Part shown: positions 43,414-52,929 of the stretch, piece by piece
Layout of the letters: each line of letters starts with the position of its first letter
Numbering within the stretch: the first letter of the stretch is position 1
Source: a virus
Lineage: Duplodnaviria; Caudoviricetes
IMG/VR virus record: IMGVR_UViG_3300038443_001692
Span: 20,889 to 84,888 of that record
Strand: one strand, 5' to 3'
Length of the DNA stretch: 64,000 bases
Made by a program: the position numbers and the translations under genes
Notes under the pieces: generated by a model
What the model was told of the DNA's origin: nothing
The model's input: the letters and a program-made list of their open reading frames with translations, nothing else
The model's database searches: none

Positions 43414-46353
43414 TTAACTCTTGAAAACATCGACACCCATCCGCGCAAGTTCGTCCGTGTCAAACGTGTAGACGCCCGGCACCTCCAGCACCGTGCCGGT
43501 GCCAAGCTTGACGAAGGCCGAGCAGTCCTTGATCGAGTGCGCGAAGCTCTCGAAGCCGCCAAACAAGGCCTCCAGGCCTGTCGATCGGCAGTGCATGCGG
43601 TAGCGGTGGTATGCCGGCCGCACCGCGATCTCGACACACTGGCGCCCACCCAGGATGGCGAACGCATACTCGTGACCCTTGCGGATTGCGTCGGGCCGAT
43701 CCGCCTCGATGTGGTGGCTCATGCTGACGATCTCGGACAGCACCTTGACGTATTCCGGCGTGGTCGCCGCGTGCAGGTCGTGCATGCGGGCAAAGACGCC
43801 TTCCTCCATCTCGGCCATGATCCCATCGAAGCGCGGTCCCACCGCTTCGTTGATCAAGTTGCGCAGTTGGCGGAAGCCGAAGCGCGCGACCGTATGGTTG
43901 AACACCGGCCGCTCCTTCGTGTTCTGCTTATCCTTGAGCTCGTCATCGGACAGGTGGCCCTTGAGATCCTCCTCGGTCAGCATGAAGCGGCGCTTCGTCT
44001 CCGCGTACATCTCGTCGAACTCGGCCACGAACTTCTCAGCTGTCGACCCCTCGACCACACTCATCGCCAGGTACTGCCCGAGAATGCCGAGCAGATGCCG
44101 GTTGCGCCAGAACGCCTGCCAGTGCGCATGGTTTTTCAGACCTGTGCTCTGCGGCGGCCGCGACAGCGTGACCAGCACGACGCGCTCCATGACGGCAGCT
44201 TCCTCCTCAGCTGCCTCGGCGATGAACACCATCGGCGCGGCCATCTGCGAGAACTGTAGCGAGCGGTAATCGTCGCTCTCGCGCGAGCCGCCGCCGCGCG
44301 CCTGGTCACGCTGGTTGTAGGCGTCGCGGAACAGCCCCTTGAGCGCATCGACGCGCGGCTTGAGCATCACGTGCGGCTTGTATTCGTCGAGGATCAGCGG
44401 GATCGATGACGACGCCATCAGGTGCTGCAGCAGCGCGAAGTTGGTCGAGCCAGGCGACAGCGGACGCGGCTCACTGCGCCAGTAGAACAGATTCGACAGG
44501 CCGATCTGCATCTCGGTCTTGCCCATGCCGGCCGGCCCGTTCACGTGCAGCAGCGGGAACTTGCCGTAGTTCTTCTGGAACAGCTGCTTCCAGAAGCAAG
44601 CCGTGTACCAGCCCAGCGCCTTGCCCAGCACTTCGGGCCGCTGGCACGCCAGCAAGTGACCCAGGGTCTCGGTCAGCAGCGCCTTGTTGCCGTCTTCCGC
44701 CAGCCAGTCCGACAGCGGCGGCGCGTTCGAGATGTCCGTCTTGAACATGCCGCGCGGATCCGGATAGCCGGCGAACTTGACCTTGAGCCCAAGGTCCGCG
44801 ATACGGGGTTCAAGTCGGACGCCGTGGCTGTCAGCCCACACCATGAACGGCTCGTGGAACGCCTTGTTCTCGTGGTTGGGGATGTTGACGATGTCCAGGC
44901 CCTCGCGGGTCACGACATAGCTGACGTTGCCTTTCTTTTTTGCCTGCTCCACAAAACGCATCATTACCGTCCTTACCTGGGCATCGGTGCCCTGAAAGGC
45001 GTGCCCGTATTTCGACACGAACCGGTTGAAAGGAACCAGCCCGCTGAACATGTCCACCTCGAGCGTGACATCGCCCACCTTCTTGCCGTTGACCAGCACG
45101 GTCGCGTCGTAGCCGATGATCTGGGCGTTCTCGCTGGACATCAGGATTGCTGCCGCATCGAACGACACCGCGCAGATGCGCTTCTTGCCGAACTCGCCGT
45201 CCATGTAGACGCCGTACTTCGACAACGTCACACCCCTGGCGACGTCGGAATACTCGTCCTGCAGCTGCTCCTCATCGTCAGTCTGCTTGGCCGCGCTCTC
45301 GATCTCTTCCTTGATCTCATCCATCGTGGCCGCGATACCGTCGAGATCGGGCGCCGCGTGGTTCAGCAGCGTCTTGACGGCGCCGATCGAAAACTCGTAG
45401 CAGGCATTGCCGTCCATATAGCGATGCATGCGCCGCAGTTCCTCAGCGCGCTTCGCCGGCGTGCCGTAGCGATTGCTGTCGCCCTGGTGCGTGTTGATCA
45501 AGCCCTCGCACTCGACAATAAACCGATCCTCGGACAGGCCGGCCGCCACCGCGGCAATCGCCAGCTGCGTGGCGATCTCCTGGAAACCCGCTGTCGGCTT
45601 GAGGCCCAGGCCCGCCATCATGTACTGGATGGACGGCGCCGACGCCTTTTCGCGCACCAGCGGATCCGGCTTGAAGCGTGCGCGCTTCTTGAGCAACTCT
45701 TCAACTTTCTGTGCGGCCTTGGAGAACTCGATCGACAGCTTGACGCAGAAGGCCGGTGCCTTGACTGGTACGCTCTCGCGTGGCTGCGACGTCACAGCGA
45801 TGTTGACCTGCGGCGTCATCTCGCGCATCTCGGTCACCGTGATCGGCACCTTGTAGCGGCCGTTCGAACGCTCGACGTTGGGCGTACGCCACATGCGGCC
45901 GCGCCCGGTCGAGTAGATCTTCAGGTCGAGCGTGTCGACCGCCAGCGCCAGCGCCATCTCGCGGTAGACCGACGGCAGGCCGACCGTACCGCCCTTGGGC
46001 ACCTTCTCCATGAAGACCGGCTGCGGCACTTCAACGTGAAAGCCGCGGCCGCCGGTGGCGAACAGCCGGCACATCTCAAGGTCGACACCCAGGTCGACCA
46101 GCTTGTCGAGGAACTCGTTGACCTTGATGATGACCAGCTCCGCATCCTCGGAGTCGAAGTCGAAATACAGCGGGCCGTCGTAGGCCAGCTTCAGCTTTTC
46201 CTCGTAGGAGAGATCGTCAACCAGCTTGGAGACGGACAGCACGGTCATGAAGACCGGGCGCACCTCGCTCAGGATCTGGTCTCGGTGAGACACCGGCACG
46301 GCCTGCCAGGATTCCTCACCACCCTTGATTTGGTAGTAGTAAAAAGCGCTCAT
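43414..46353 (-). CDS. Primase-helicase: N-terminal AEP primase fused to a P-loop helicase domain
   Basis: LYFDFD and TGGRGFH (AEP motifs I and II), RTPN; GPAGMGKT and ILDE in the C-half. Confidence 0.85.
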   Translation of the reverse strand: MSAFYYYQIKGGEESWQAVPVSHRDQILSEVRPVFMTVLSVSKLVDDLSYEEKLKLAYDGPLYFDFDSEDAELVIIKVNEFLDKLVDLGVDLEMCRLFATGGRGFHVEVPQPVFMEKVPKGGTVGLPSVYREMALALAVDTLDLKIYSTGRGRMWRTPNVERSNGRYKVPITVTEMREMTPQVNIAVTSQPRESVPVKAPAFCVKLSIEFSKAAQKVEELLKKRARFKPDPLVREKASAPSIQYMMAGLGLKPTAGFQEIATQLAIAAVAAGLSEDRFIVECEGLINTHQGDSNRYGTPAKRAEELRRMHRYMDGNACYEFSIGAVKTLLNHAAPDLDGIAATMDEIKEEIESAAKQTDDEEQLQDEYSDVARGVTLSKYGVYMDGEFGKKRICAVSFDAAAILMSSENAQIIGYDATVLVNGKKVGDVTLEVDMFSGLVPFNRFVSKYGHAFQGTDAQVRTVMMRFVEQAKKKGNVSYVVTREGLDIVNIPNHENKAFHEPFMVWADSHGVRLEPRIADLGLKVKFAGYPDPRGMFKTDISNAPPLSDWLAEDGNKALLTETLGHLLACQRPEVLGKALGWYTACFWKQLFQKNYGKFPLLHVNGPAGMGKTEMQIGLSNLFYWRSEPRPLSPGSTNFALLQHLMASSSIPLILDEYKPHVMLKPRVDALKGLFRDAYNQRDQARGGGSRESDDYRSLQFSQMAAPMVFIAEAAEEEAAVMERVVLVTLSRPPQSTGLKNHAHWQAFWRNRHLLGILGQYLAMSVVEGSTAEKFVAEFDEMYAETKRRFMLTEEDLKGHLSDDELKDKQNTKERPVFNHTVARFGFRQLRNLINEAVGPRFDGIMAEMEEGVFARMHDLHAATTPEYVKVLSEIVSMSHHIEADRPDAIRKGHEYAFAILGGRQCVEIAVRPAYHRYRMHCRSTGLEALFGGFESFAHSIKDCSAFVKLGTGTVLEVPGVYTFDTDELARMGVDVFKS

Positions 46354-46360
46354 CGCGGCC

Positions 46361-46843
46361 TCACACAGTAACGTCAGGCCACAGGTCGCGGAACTCCTTC
46401 AAGGTCGAGAGCCGAGGATGACCTGGCCGGTCATCCGTCACTCGAGTGCACATCGGCACCGTGAGTCGCCAGACGCTGTCAGGATCATCGGACGTCGGCC
46501 CGAAGCGAACATCGGCGAACGGCGGGATCCAGGCGAAAACGCCGGGAATGATCTCGCGGGGGTAGGTGCTTATCGTCACCTTGGTCGCGGAGGTATTGGA
46601 GACCATCGTCAGGGACAGGCCGACCGTGAACGACGCCGCCACATCCTCAGCACGGAAAGCGTCCAGAATTTGAGGGCGACCGTTCACCAGCTGCCAGGCG
46701 ATGAACACGCGACGCTCGCGCACAACCGTGAACCGCGCGGCGGGCATGGTAGGGCGCCATGCCGGGTTACCGGCCATGCGCTCGTTAAGCCAAAGTGCCG
46801 ACAGGTTCGCCTTGTCGACGCGCGAGAGAGGAGTCTTCTCCAT
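46361..46843 (-). CDS. Hypothetical protein (160 aa)
   Basis: AAAGG RBS; fills the gap before the primase. Confidence 0.65.
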   Translation of the reverse strand: MEKTPLSRVDKANLSALWLNERMAGNPAWRPTMPAARFTVVRERRVFIAWQLVNGRPQILDAFRAEDVAASFTVGLSLTMVSNTSATKVTISTYPREIIPGVFAWIPPFADVRFGPTSDDPDSVWRLTVPMCTRVTDDRPGHPRLSTLKEFRDLWPDVTV

Positions 46844-46887
46844 GTTGCCTTTCTTTCTATGCTGGTGGTGCTACGCTAGAGGTGGGA

Positions 46888-46918
46888 ATTCTACAGCTAT
46901 TTCCTACGGGAAAATCAA
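46888..46918 (-). promoter_or_regulatory. Candidate promoter TTGATT-N19-TAGAAT with TTCCCGTAGGAAAT in the spacer
   Basis: Good -10 in an AT-rich gap; spacer is long. Confidence 0.42.
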
Positions 46919-48349
46919 ATTTCTTATGCCAGCCTTCGATCCGGACGCCTGGTTGACCAGATCGTCATTATCAAAAAGGTTCTTCAGCAGCTGTTCTTGG
47001 ATCGTACCGCGTGCGACCAGCAACCTGATGTTCGGGTTGTAGCGCTGCCCCTTGCGGTCGATCCGACCTGCAGCCTGAATAAACGGGATTGTGGTCGTCG
47101 GAAGCTGGATGAAAGCGCACTCCCAGCACATGTACTGCGGGTTGAGGCCGGCACCTGCTGAACCAGGCTGTGCCGTCAGTTCGACCGTATTCGGATCTTC
47201 CATGAACTCCTTGATCGACTTCTTCGAATCGACCTCGGAGTACGCCATCACGCCGCGCTTGCCCAGAGGTGCAAGTCGGGCGTCCATGTGCTCGCCGATC
47301 AGGCGCGAGACACTGCGGTGCGTGGTCCAGAGGATCAGCTTGCTGGCCGGCCGCGTTTCCTTGCCGATCATAATCTCACCGCCTAGGTTGATCTCGTCAG
47401 CAATGCCGTCGACGAGGTCGAAGATGGCGCTACGCTTGTCGGGATCGCCGGCGAAGTAGCCGAAGTCGATCACGATCTGCTGCGCGGCGTGATACAGCCG
47501 CGTAGCCGTCGTGGCGTCGATCTTGCCGCCGTCCTCCAGTATCAGCAGCTGCTCTTCCATCAGGCGCTTGTACAGCGCCATGTGCTCTTTCGACAGGTCG
47601 TAGTAGATCGGGATGTAGTTCGCCTTCGGCAGCGCGGCGTGCACTTCTTCCTTCGTGCGCCGCACGCGCCGCATGTTCAGGTTCGTCTGCATCAGGTCGA
47701 GGTTGTGCCACTTCTTCGGCTGGTTGAAGATGTCGCGCTCTTCGACGTGGATGTTTTCGAACTGGGTGTAACTGGCATATACGTCCGGAGTATTCAGCTT
47801 CACATAACTGTAGGCGTCGCCCGGCTTGCTCATGATCGTGCCCGACATCATGATCAAGTCGCGGCCGCCGGCCGTGAACGTACGCACGTTCTTGAAGAGC
47901 TTGCCGCGCCCCTTCAGGGCCTGCACCTCGTCGACCACGGTCAGCACCTCGTGCCGAGCCAGGTCTTTCGTCAGGCGCGCGATGTCGTTATTGAAGATCT
48001 GGTACGACGTGACGATCCAGCGCACACTGGCGACCGGCATCTCGGCGCGCGACTTGGGCGAGCCGCTGTACGCGATGGCCAGGCCGGCGCCGGGGATACT
48101 GTTGAGCCATACGACCCACTGCGCGATCAGGATCGGCGGCACCAGCACGACGGTGATGTCGGGCTGGAGCATCAGCGAGATGCAGGTCGCGATGACCGTC
48201 TTGCCGTAGCCAACCGGCAAGTCGAGCAGGGCTCGGCGCCACATCGCCGCCTTGACGATGTCCTCTTTCTGGAGCTGTTCAAGTGTCATCGTGCCACCCA
48301 GCGGGTGCGGCAGCGGGTACTTCTCAATGACCTGTTCAAGGGTGAGCAT
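46904..48349 (-). CDS. SF2 (SNF2/DEAD-like) helicase
   Basis: LPVGYGKT, VVDEVQ, SGT, GAGLN and QAAGRIDRKGQ motifs; start at ATG 48349. Confidence 0.9.
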   Translation of the reverse strand: MLTLEQVIEKYPLPHPLGGTMTLEQLQKEDIVKAAMWRRALLDLPVGYGKTVIATCISLMLQPDITVVLVPPILIAQWVVWLNSIPGAGLAIAYSGSPKSRAEMPVASVRWIVTSYQIFNNDIARLTKDLARHEVLTVVDEVQALKGRGKLFKNVRTFTAGGRDLIMMSGTIMSKPGDAYSYVKLNTPDVYASYTQFENIHVEERDIFNQPKKWHNLDLMQTNLNMRRVRRTKEEVHAALPKANYIPIYYDLSKEHMALYKRLMEEQLLILEDGGKIDATTATRLYHAAQQIVIDFGYFAGDPDKRSAIFDLVDGIADEINLGGEIMIGKETRPASKLILWTTHRSVSRLIGEHMDARLAPLGKRGVMAYSEVDSKKSIKEFMEDPNTVELTAQPGSAGAGLNPQYMCWECAFIQLPTTTIPFIQAAGRIDRKGQRYNPNIRLLVARGTIQEQLLKNLFDNDDLVNQASGSKAGIRNLIFP

Positions 48350-48770
48350 GGTCGAGCCTCCTTGCCGCAAGGAGTTTGAGTAGCGGGTACGCGTGCTCGA
48401 CCGGGTCGAGCGCGACAGACGCGGACGGCAGCAGATCATGGAACTGCTGCAGCGACAGCAGGCCGGCCGCATCGGTAAGTGGCTCGCCGCGCAGCTTGGC
48501 CGCACGGTTTATCACCAGCAGCATGTACAGCGGATTCGCCAGCGCGTTGTATAGGGACGGCGGCCGGTCCATGTCCATCGCCAGCCAGAGCAAGTTGCAC
48601 AGGCCAGGCTGGGTGTACATGAGCGAGGCGAAGCCCTGCGACATACCGTCCGGCCGCGTCCACGTCCAGGTCTCGGGATTTCGCATCCAGTACGGATGCG
48701 AAATGCGCGCCTCCAGGGCGCGCACTTTCTCGAGGTCCCTGGCGATGTTGAAGTCAGGGATGAATGCCAT
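48336..48770 (-). CDS. Hypothetical protein (144 aa)
   Basis: GAGGT RBS; coupled ORF. Confidence 0.6.
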   Translation of the reverse strand: MAFIPDFNIARDLEKVRALEARISHPYWMRNPETWTWTRPDGMSQGFASLMYTQPGLCNLLWLAMDMDRPPSLYNALANPLYMLLVINRAAKLRGEPLTDAAGLLSLQQFHDLLPSASVALDPVEHAYPLLKLLAARRLDHAHP

Positions 48771-48773
48771 CGG

Positions 48774-48977
48774 TCACCTCGACATCTTGCGCTCAAGATC
48801 CAGATCGCGCGCCGGCACCGCGGCCCAGCCTATGAAGCGCTCGTTGCTGCCGACCTGTGGACCCTTCCACGGTCCAAGTTGCATCTTGCCGTCGGCTTCC
48901 AGCAGGATCAAACGGACGTTCAGCGGCGCCGGTTTAACATACTCGAACGGCAGGCTCGGGTTGACATGGTTCTTCAT
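48774..48977 (-). CDS. Hypothetical protein (67 aa)
   Basis: AAGGA RBS and ATGA overlap; C-terminal part of track ORF 48774..49427. Confidence 0.6.
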   Translation of the reverse strand: MKNHVNPSLPFEYVKPAPLNVRLILLEADGKMQLGPWKGPQVGSNERFIGWAAVPARDLDLERKMSR

Positions 48978-49312
48978 TCGCTTCCTTTCTGTGGTGGTGC
49001 GCCGATGGTCAGCGCGGCAACGCCGGCCGAGAACAGGACTTCCTGGCAGTTGCGGCAGGCGTACGTGTGATTTTCGACATAGGCATGCGCGCCGGCCGCC
49101 GACGGCCCGGCCAACAGCACGGCTACCTCTTCCGCGTGGCCGACCTGATGGCAGATCGTCTGGCACTTCTCGTAACCCTCGCCCTCGGCGCGCGGGCACG
49201 CCGGCTGCGGGCTCATGCACCAGTTCTCGCCGATGATGGCGTGGCCGCCGGGCGTGATCAAGGTGCAGCGTACGACGCGGCGGGCGCAGGGGCCCAGGAC
49301 GCCGGCGCTCAT
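48974..49312 (-). CDS. Minimal cytidine/dCMP deaminase-like zinc protein
   Basis: CARRVV.C, GHAE and ACRNC motifs (HxE...CxxC). Confidence 0.7.
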   Translation of the reverse strand: MSAGVLGPCARRVVRCTLITPGGHAIIGENWCMSPQPACPRAEGEGYEKCQTICHQVGHAEEVAVLLAGPSAAGAHAYVENHTYACRNCQEVLFSAGVAALTIGAPPQKGSE

Positions 49313-49500
49313 TGACGTGCCGCCCGCGGCGCCGTGCGCACGATCTCGTACATGTTAGCGCCCCATTCGCGCTCCGGGCCGACGTCGCACTCGGTCCAGT
49401 AGGCATACAGCGCCTGCTCGGCCACACGCAGCTTGGCGATGGCCACCTCGCGCAGCTCCTTCACCTTTGGATCTTCCGACAGCTGGAACATCTGCATCAT
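49309..49500 (-). CDS. Hypothetical protein (63 aa)
   Basis: GGAGG RBS; ATGA overlaps on both sides. Confidence 0.6.
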   Translation of the reverse strand: MMQMFQLSEDPKVKELREVAIAKLRVAEQALYAYWTECDVGPEREWGANMYEIVRTAPRAARQ

Positions 49501-50348
49501 GCCTCCTGCACCAGCGAATCGATCAGGACGCCCAGCTCGCGCGTCATCAGCGCGACGTCGCTGGCGAAGCGATCGACATCCTTCTCGGCGTCACGCCCTT
49601 CCTGCAGGATATCCAGCGGCTTGATGCGGCGGATACGCATGTTGTCGGTCATGACAAACGACAGGCGGCTAGCGAAAGTCATGGCGACCGAGTCGACGTG
49701 GGCGCCTGCCGCAAGGTGCGTCTGGACGTCTTGTGCGTCCAGGTTCGCGCGGTCGAACTTCACGCGCTTGCCCTTCTCGCCCGGGTACTGCAGTGCGACC
49801 GCGTCGTCGATCGAGAAGTCGATCGGCGCCTCGTCATTCAGCCACGTGGTGACCACCTTGGCGCGCGGCCAACGCACGTCCTGGAACTCGATCGTCGGGA
49901 ACAGCTTGATCATCGCCTTGATGATCTCGTCGCAGACGTTGTTCGACGCCGAGTCGATGACGATGCGGTGCTGATCCTGATCGATCCAGACCTGCGTCGT
50001 GCGACGGGTCGACAGCGCGCGCGGCAGCAGCTCGTCGAGCGAGCGCTCCTTGAGCTCCTTGCGCTGCTTCTTGCCCGGCGGAAAGCCCTGCGCCTTTTCC
50101 AGCGCCGCAGCTTTGTCCTCCACCAGCACGGCCACAGCCGAGCCCGGGATGTGCTTCTTCTCGATCGTGAAGCGCAGCAAGGTGTGCTTGCCCTGCCTGA
50201 AGGCGAGCTCGCCCTCGTGCACCGGCGAGAAGCCGACCGACTGCAGGTCGTGGGTGCCGACCGGAATGAAACGAGCAGCCTGCAGCTGCTCGATGGGGAA
50301 TTGTGCTTTGGGGGAGATCCCGTAGACGGTTGCGTTCTTGAGCCACAT
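49497..50348 (-). CDS. rdgC: Recombination-associated protein RdgC
   Basis: MWLKNATVY, SVGFSP, EKKHIPGSAV, KELKE...LLPRA and LSFVMTD motifs. Confidence 0.9.
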   Translation of the reverse strand: MWLKNATVYGISPKAQFPIEQLQAARFIPVGTHDLQSVGFSPVHEGELAFRQGKHTLLRFTIEKKHIPGSAVAVLVEDKAAALEKAQGFPPGKKQRKELKERSLDELLPRALSTRRTTQVWIDQDQHRIVIDSASNNVCDEIIKAMIKLFPTIEFQDVRWPRAKVVTTWLNDEAPIDFSIDDAVALQYPGEKGKRVKFDRANLDAQDVQTHLAAGAHVDSVAMTFASRLSFVMTDNMRIRRIKPLDILQEGRDAEKDVDRFASDVALMTRELGVLIDSLVQEA

Positions 50349-50380
50349 GGTTTTGATTTTCTATAGGGAAAGGGAATGTC

Positions 50381-50410
50381 AGGTTAAGGCAAACTTTGAT
50401 GCTCTGTCAA
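50381..50410 (-). promoter_or_regulatory. Leftward promoter TTGACA-N18-TAACCT
   Basis: Upstream of rdgC; shares AAGTTTGCC in the spacer with the 43413 promoter. Confidence 0.6.
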
Positions 50411-50456
50411 AATATTTTCTTGAATCAATACCTCCTCGGCAAGTTTCAGTTGTTTC

Positions 50457-50485
50457 TTTACTTCAGGCAAGAAGCATGCCAGAAT
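50457..50485 (+). promoter_or_regulatory. Rightward promoter TTTACT-N17-CAGAAT (extended TG) for the island
   Basis: Divergent from the rdgC promoter; 36 nt before ATG 50521. Confidence 0.5.
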
Positions 50486-50505
50486 TCTTGCATTCTGGCA
50501 TCTTC
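50471..50505. repeat. Inverted repeat ATGCCAGAAT/ATTCTGGCAT (extendable by GAAG/CTTC)
   Basis: 10-bp perfect arms at 50476-50485 and 50492-50501, overlapping the -10. Confidence 0.8.
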
Positions 50506-50520
50506 CCACAAGGCATCGAC

Positions 50521-50943
50521 ATGGCCTCCTCCTGCTACGACAGCTGCCTCGATCAGACGGTCCGAGGCAGCATCAATTTCGCGGCCGATACGTTCTACGT
50601 GATGCTGGTGGACGCCACCTACACGCCAAACCAGGGCACGCACATCTACCGGTCGAGCGTAACGGGTGAGGTGAGCGGCACCGGCTACACGGCCGGTGGC
50701 CAGGCTGTCGCGGCCACGATCGCCAAGGACACGACCAACCACAAGGTGACGATCACCTTGGCTGCGGCCACCTGGCCCTCCAGCACAATCACGGCCGCCA
50801 AGGCCGTCTACTACAAGCGGCGCGGTGGCGCGGCGAGCGCCGATGAGCTCGTTGCCGTCGACGACTTCGGCGGCAACGTGTCGACGACAAACAACACGTT
50901 CTCGCTCGCCGCGACGACGATCACCCTCCCTACCCCGGTATAA
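50521..50943 (+). CDS. Small virion-type beta protein (fibre base/adaptor candidate)
   Basis: Start at ATG 50521; DTFYVML...EVSGTGYTAGG...W.SSTITA...YY pattern recalled from genes next to phage fibres. Confidence 0.65.
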   Translation: MASSCYDSCLDQTVRGSINFAADTFYVMLVDATYTPNQGTHIYRSSVTGEVSGTGYTAGGQAVAATIAKDTTNHKVTITLAAATWPSSTITAAKAVYYKRRGGAASADELVAVDDFGGNVSTTNNTFSLAATTITLPTPV

Positions 50944-50946
50944 GCC

Positions 50947-52929
50947 ATGATCTTTATCGACTTTCTGAAATTCAGCGCAACGTGGTCAAGCACCGGCGTG
51001 CTCGCTGTGGGCGCGGCCGCAACAGGCTGCCGTGCAGTTGCGCAGGCCATCACGGATGGCGACATCAGCCTGACGAGCACAGGCCTTGTGCTGGTAGTTG
51101 ACGATGGTGTTGGCGGCCGCGAACTCGGCCTGTACAACGTCACCGACAGCACCCACCTGACCCGCACCCAGGTTCTGCGGAACGGCACCGGCGGCACGAG
51201 CCCTGTGGCGTTTGCCAATGGCGCAACCTTGACCGTCTACAGCGACGTCCCGGCATCGTTCCTGAACGGCGTAAGCCTGGGTCAACTGGGGGCGGCAGCA
51301 GCGCTGAGTGCGACGGACGTTATCCCGATCGGCCAATCGGGTACGGAAGTGCAGACCACGCTTGACGCGTTCTACACGTACGTCGCGAACCGCTTAACGG
51401 CAGAAGGCAAGATTGGCACGACCGTCGAAACCTTGACCATCACGGCGCTTGCCACCCAGGTGGCAGGCACCGCATTCTCGTTCTCCGGCACCTATGCGAA
51501 CGTCACGCCGACCGCACTGGATTACTCGATCAACGGCGGCAGCACTTGGAATGCCGCGACGGCAACCATCAGCGGTGGTACGTTCACCGTCACTGGCGTG
51601 ACGATCCCGAACGCGACAACCTCGCAAACTGTCATGGTGCGGGACCGTACGAACACGAGCGTTACGGCGACCTCGGCCTCGTTTATCGTCAACCCCAATA
51701 CCGTCCTGACCGTCAACACGCCGTCGGCCCAGACGGTGGGCACCGCCTTTACCCTCAGCGGTACCTATACAGGCACGGCGCCGGCTTCTCTCGACTACCA
51801 GAAGGAAGACGGAACATGGGTTCAGGCCAGCTCTCCGACGATCGGGAGCGGGGCGTACTCGTTCAGTGTCACACCTACGACGGCTACCGCCAGCCGAACG
51901 ATCAGCGTGCGTGACCATACCTACACCGGCATTAGTGCGACGTCCGGTTCGTATGCCGTGAACGCAGCCGCGGGATCTACCGTCACCGGGGTGACGGTCA
52001 CCGCTGCATCGTCGACCATCAGCGGAGGCGCAACCGACCAGATGTCCGCCACGGTGACCGGTACGAACTCGCCGTCGCAAGCTGTTACGTGGAGCATCGA
52101 CAGCGGGGGTGGATCCATCAACAGTTCGGGCCTCTACACGGCGCCCGCTGCCACCGGCTCTGCCCAAACGATCACCTTGCGCGCCACCAGCACGCAGGAC
52201 AATACGAAGTATGGAACGGTGACGATCACCGTTGCAGCAGCGGCGTCTCCTGGTCCGTCCCTGACCACCCTCAAGGCGTGGGCGACCGGGCAGACGACCG
52301 CCGTCGCTACCGTCACGACGGACACCAGCACCGGCACGATCTATTGGCTGTATTCGACCTCTGCCACCGCCACCGCCGCGCAGGTCAAGGCTGGCAGCAG
52401 TGCTGCCGTGACCTCGAGCGGATCGAAGACGCTGCAGGGCACCGGCCTGACGGCGGGCACGGCCTATTACGTCCACGTCCTGCACACGAACGGCGCCGGG
52501 ACGGACAGCGCCGTCCTCGACCTGGCAGCAGCGATCACGACTCAGCCGGCATCAGGGCAGCCGACCGTCACGGTGTACGGCACGGCCCTCAAGTCCTCGC
52601 TCACAGCATCCGACGCCTACGGCACGAGCGGCAGCAACAAGCTGTACACGGGCTCCAATACGGGCGGCAACATCTGGGTGTTCCACGGGTCCACGCCGAG
52701 CACGGCGTCGACCGGCTGGAGCCAAAGCAACACTGTCCCGCCCGCTGTCTCGTCCGACCGCAGCACGAACGGCATGTATCCGATGAGTATTGCTGCGGCC
52801 GAATCGGGCTCGACCAACAACACGTACCTGTACGCGCCGATCGGCTCTACGACGACGTGGTACTTCTGGATGGAGATTAACGGCATCTATACCGTTATGA
52901 ACTCGTCCGGCACGGTGGTGACGCTGTAA
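50947..52929 (+). CDS. Fibre/appendage protein with multiple Ig-like domains
   Basis: Fibre-anchor-like N-terminus; two repeats of AF(S/T)(F/L)SGTY...LDY...G.TW; Big_2-like (VTGVTVT...VTWS...GLYTAP) and FN3-like (LTAGTAYYVHV) domains. Confidence 0.75.
   Translation: MIFIDFLKFSATWSSTGVLAVGAAATGCRAVAQAITDGDISLTSTGLVLVVDDGVGGRELGLYNVTDSTHLTRTQVLRNGTGGTSPVAFANGATLTVYSDVPASFLNGVSLGQLGAAAALSATDVIPIGQSGTEVQTTLDAFYTYVANRLTAEGKIGTTVETLTITALATQVAGTAFSFSGTYANVTPTALDYSINGGSTWNAATATISGGTFTVTGVTIPNATTSQTVMVRDRTNTSVTATSASFIVNPNTVLTVNTPSAQTVGTAFTLSGTYTGTAPASLDYQKEDGTWVQASSPTIGSGAYSFSVTPTTATASRTISVRDHTYTGISATSGSYAVNAAAGSTVTGVTVTAASSTISGGATDQMSATVTGTNSPSQAVTWSIDSGGGSINSSGLYTAPAATGSAQTITLRATSTQDNTKYGTVTITVAAAASPGPSLTTLKAWATGQTTAVATVTTDTSTGTIYWLYSTSATATAAQVKAGSSAAVTSSGSKTLQGTGLTAGTAYYVHVLHTNGAGTDSAVLDLAAAITTQPASGQPTVTVYGTALKSSLTASDAYGTSGSNKLYTGSNTGGNIWVFHGSTPSTASTGWSQSNTVPPAVSSDRSTNGMYPMSIAAAESGSTNNTYLYAPIGSTTTWYFWMEINGIYTVMNSSGTVVTL

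Noticed and set aside
50338-50520. N-terminal 61 codons of track ORF 50338..50943
   Set aside because: They cover the divergent promoter region and overlap the rdgC start; the coding signal begins at ATG 50521.
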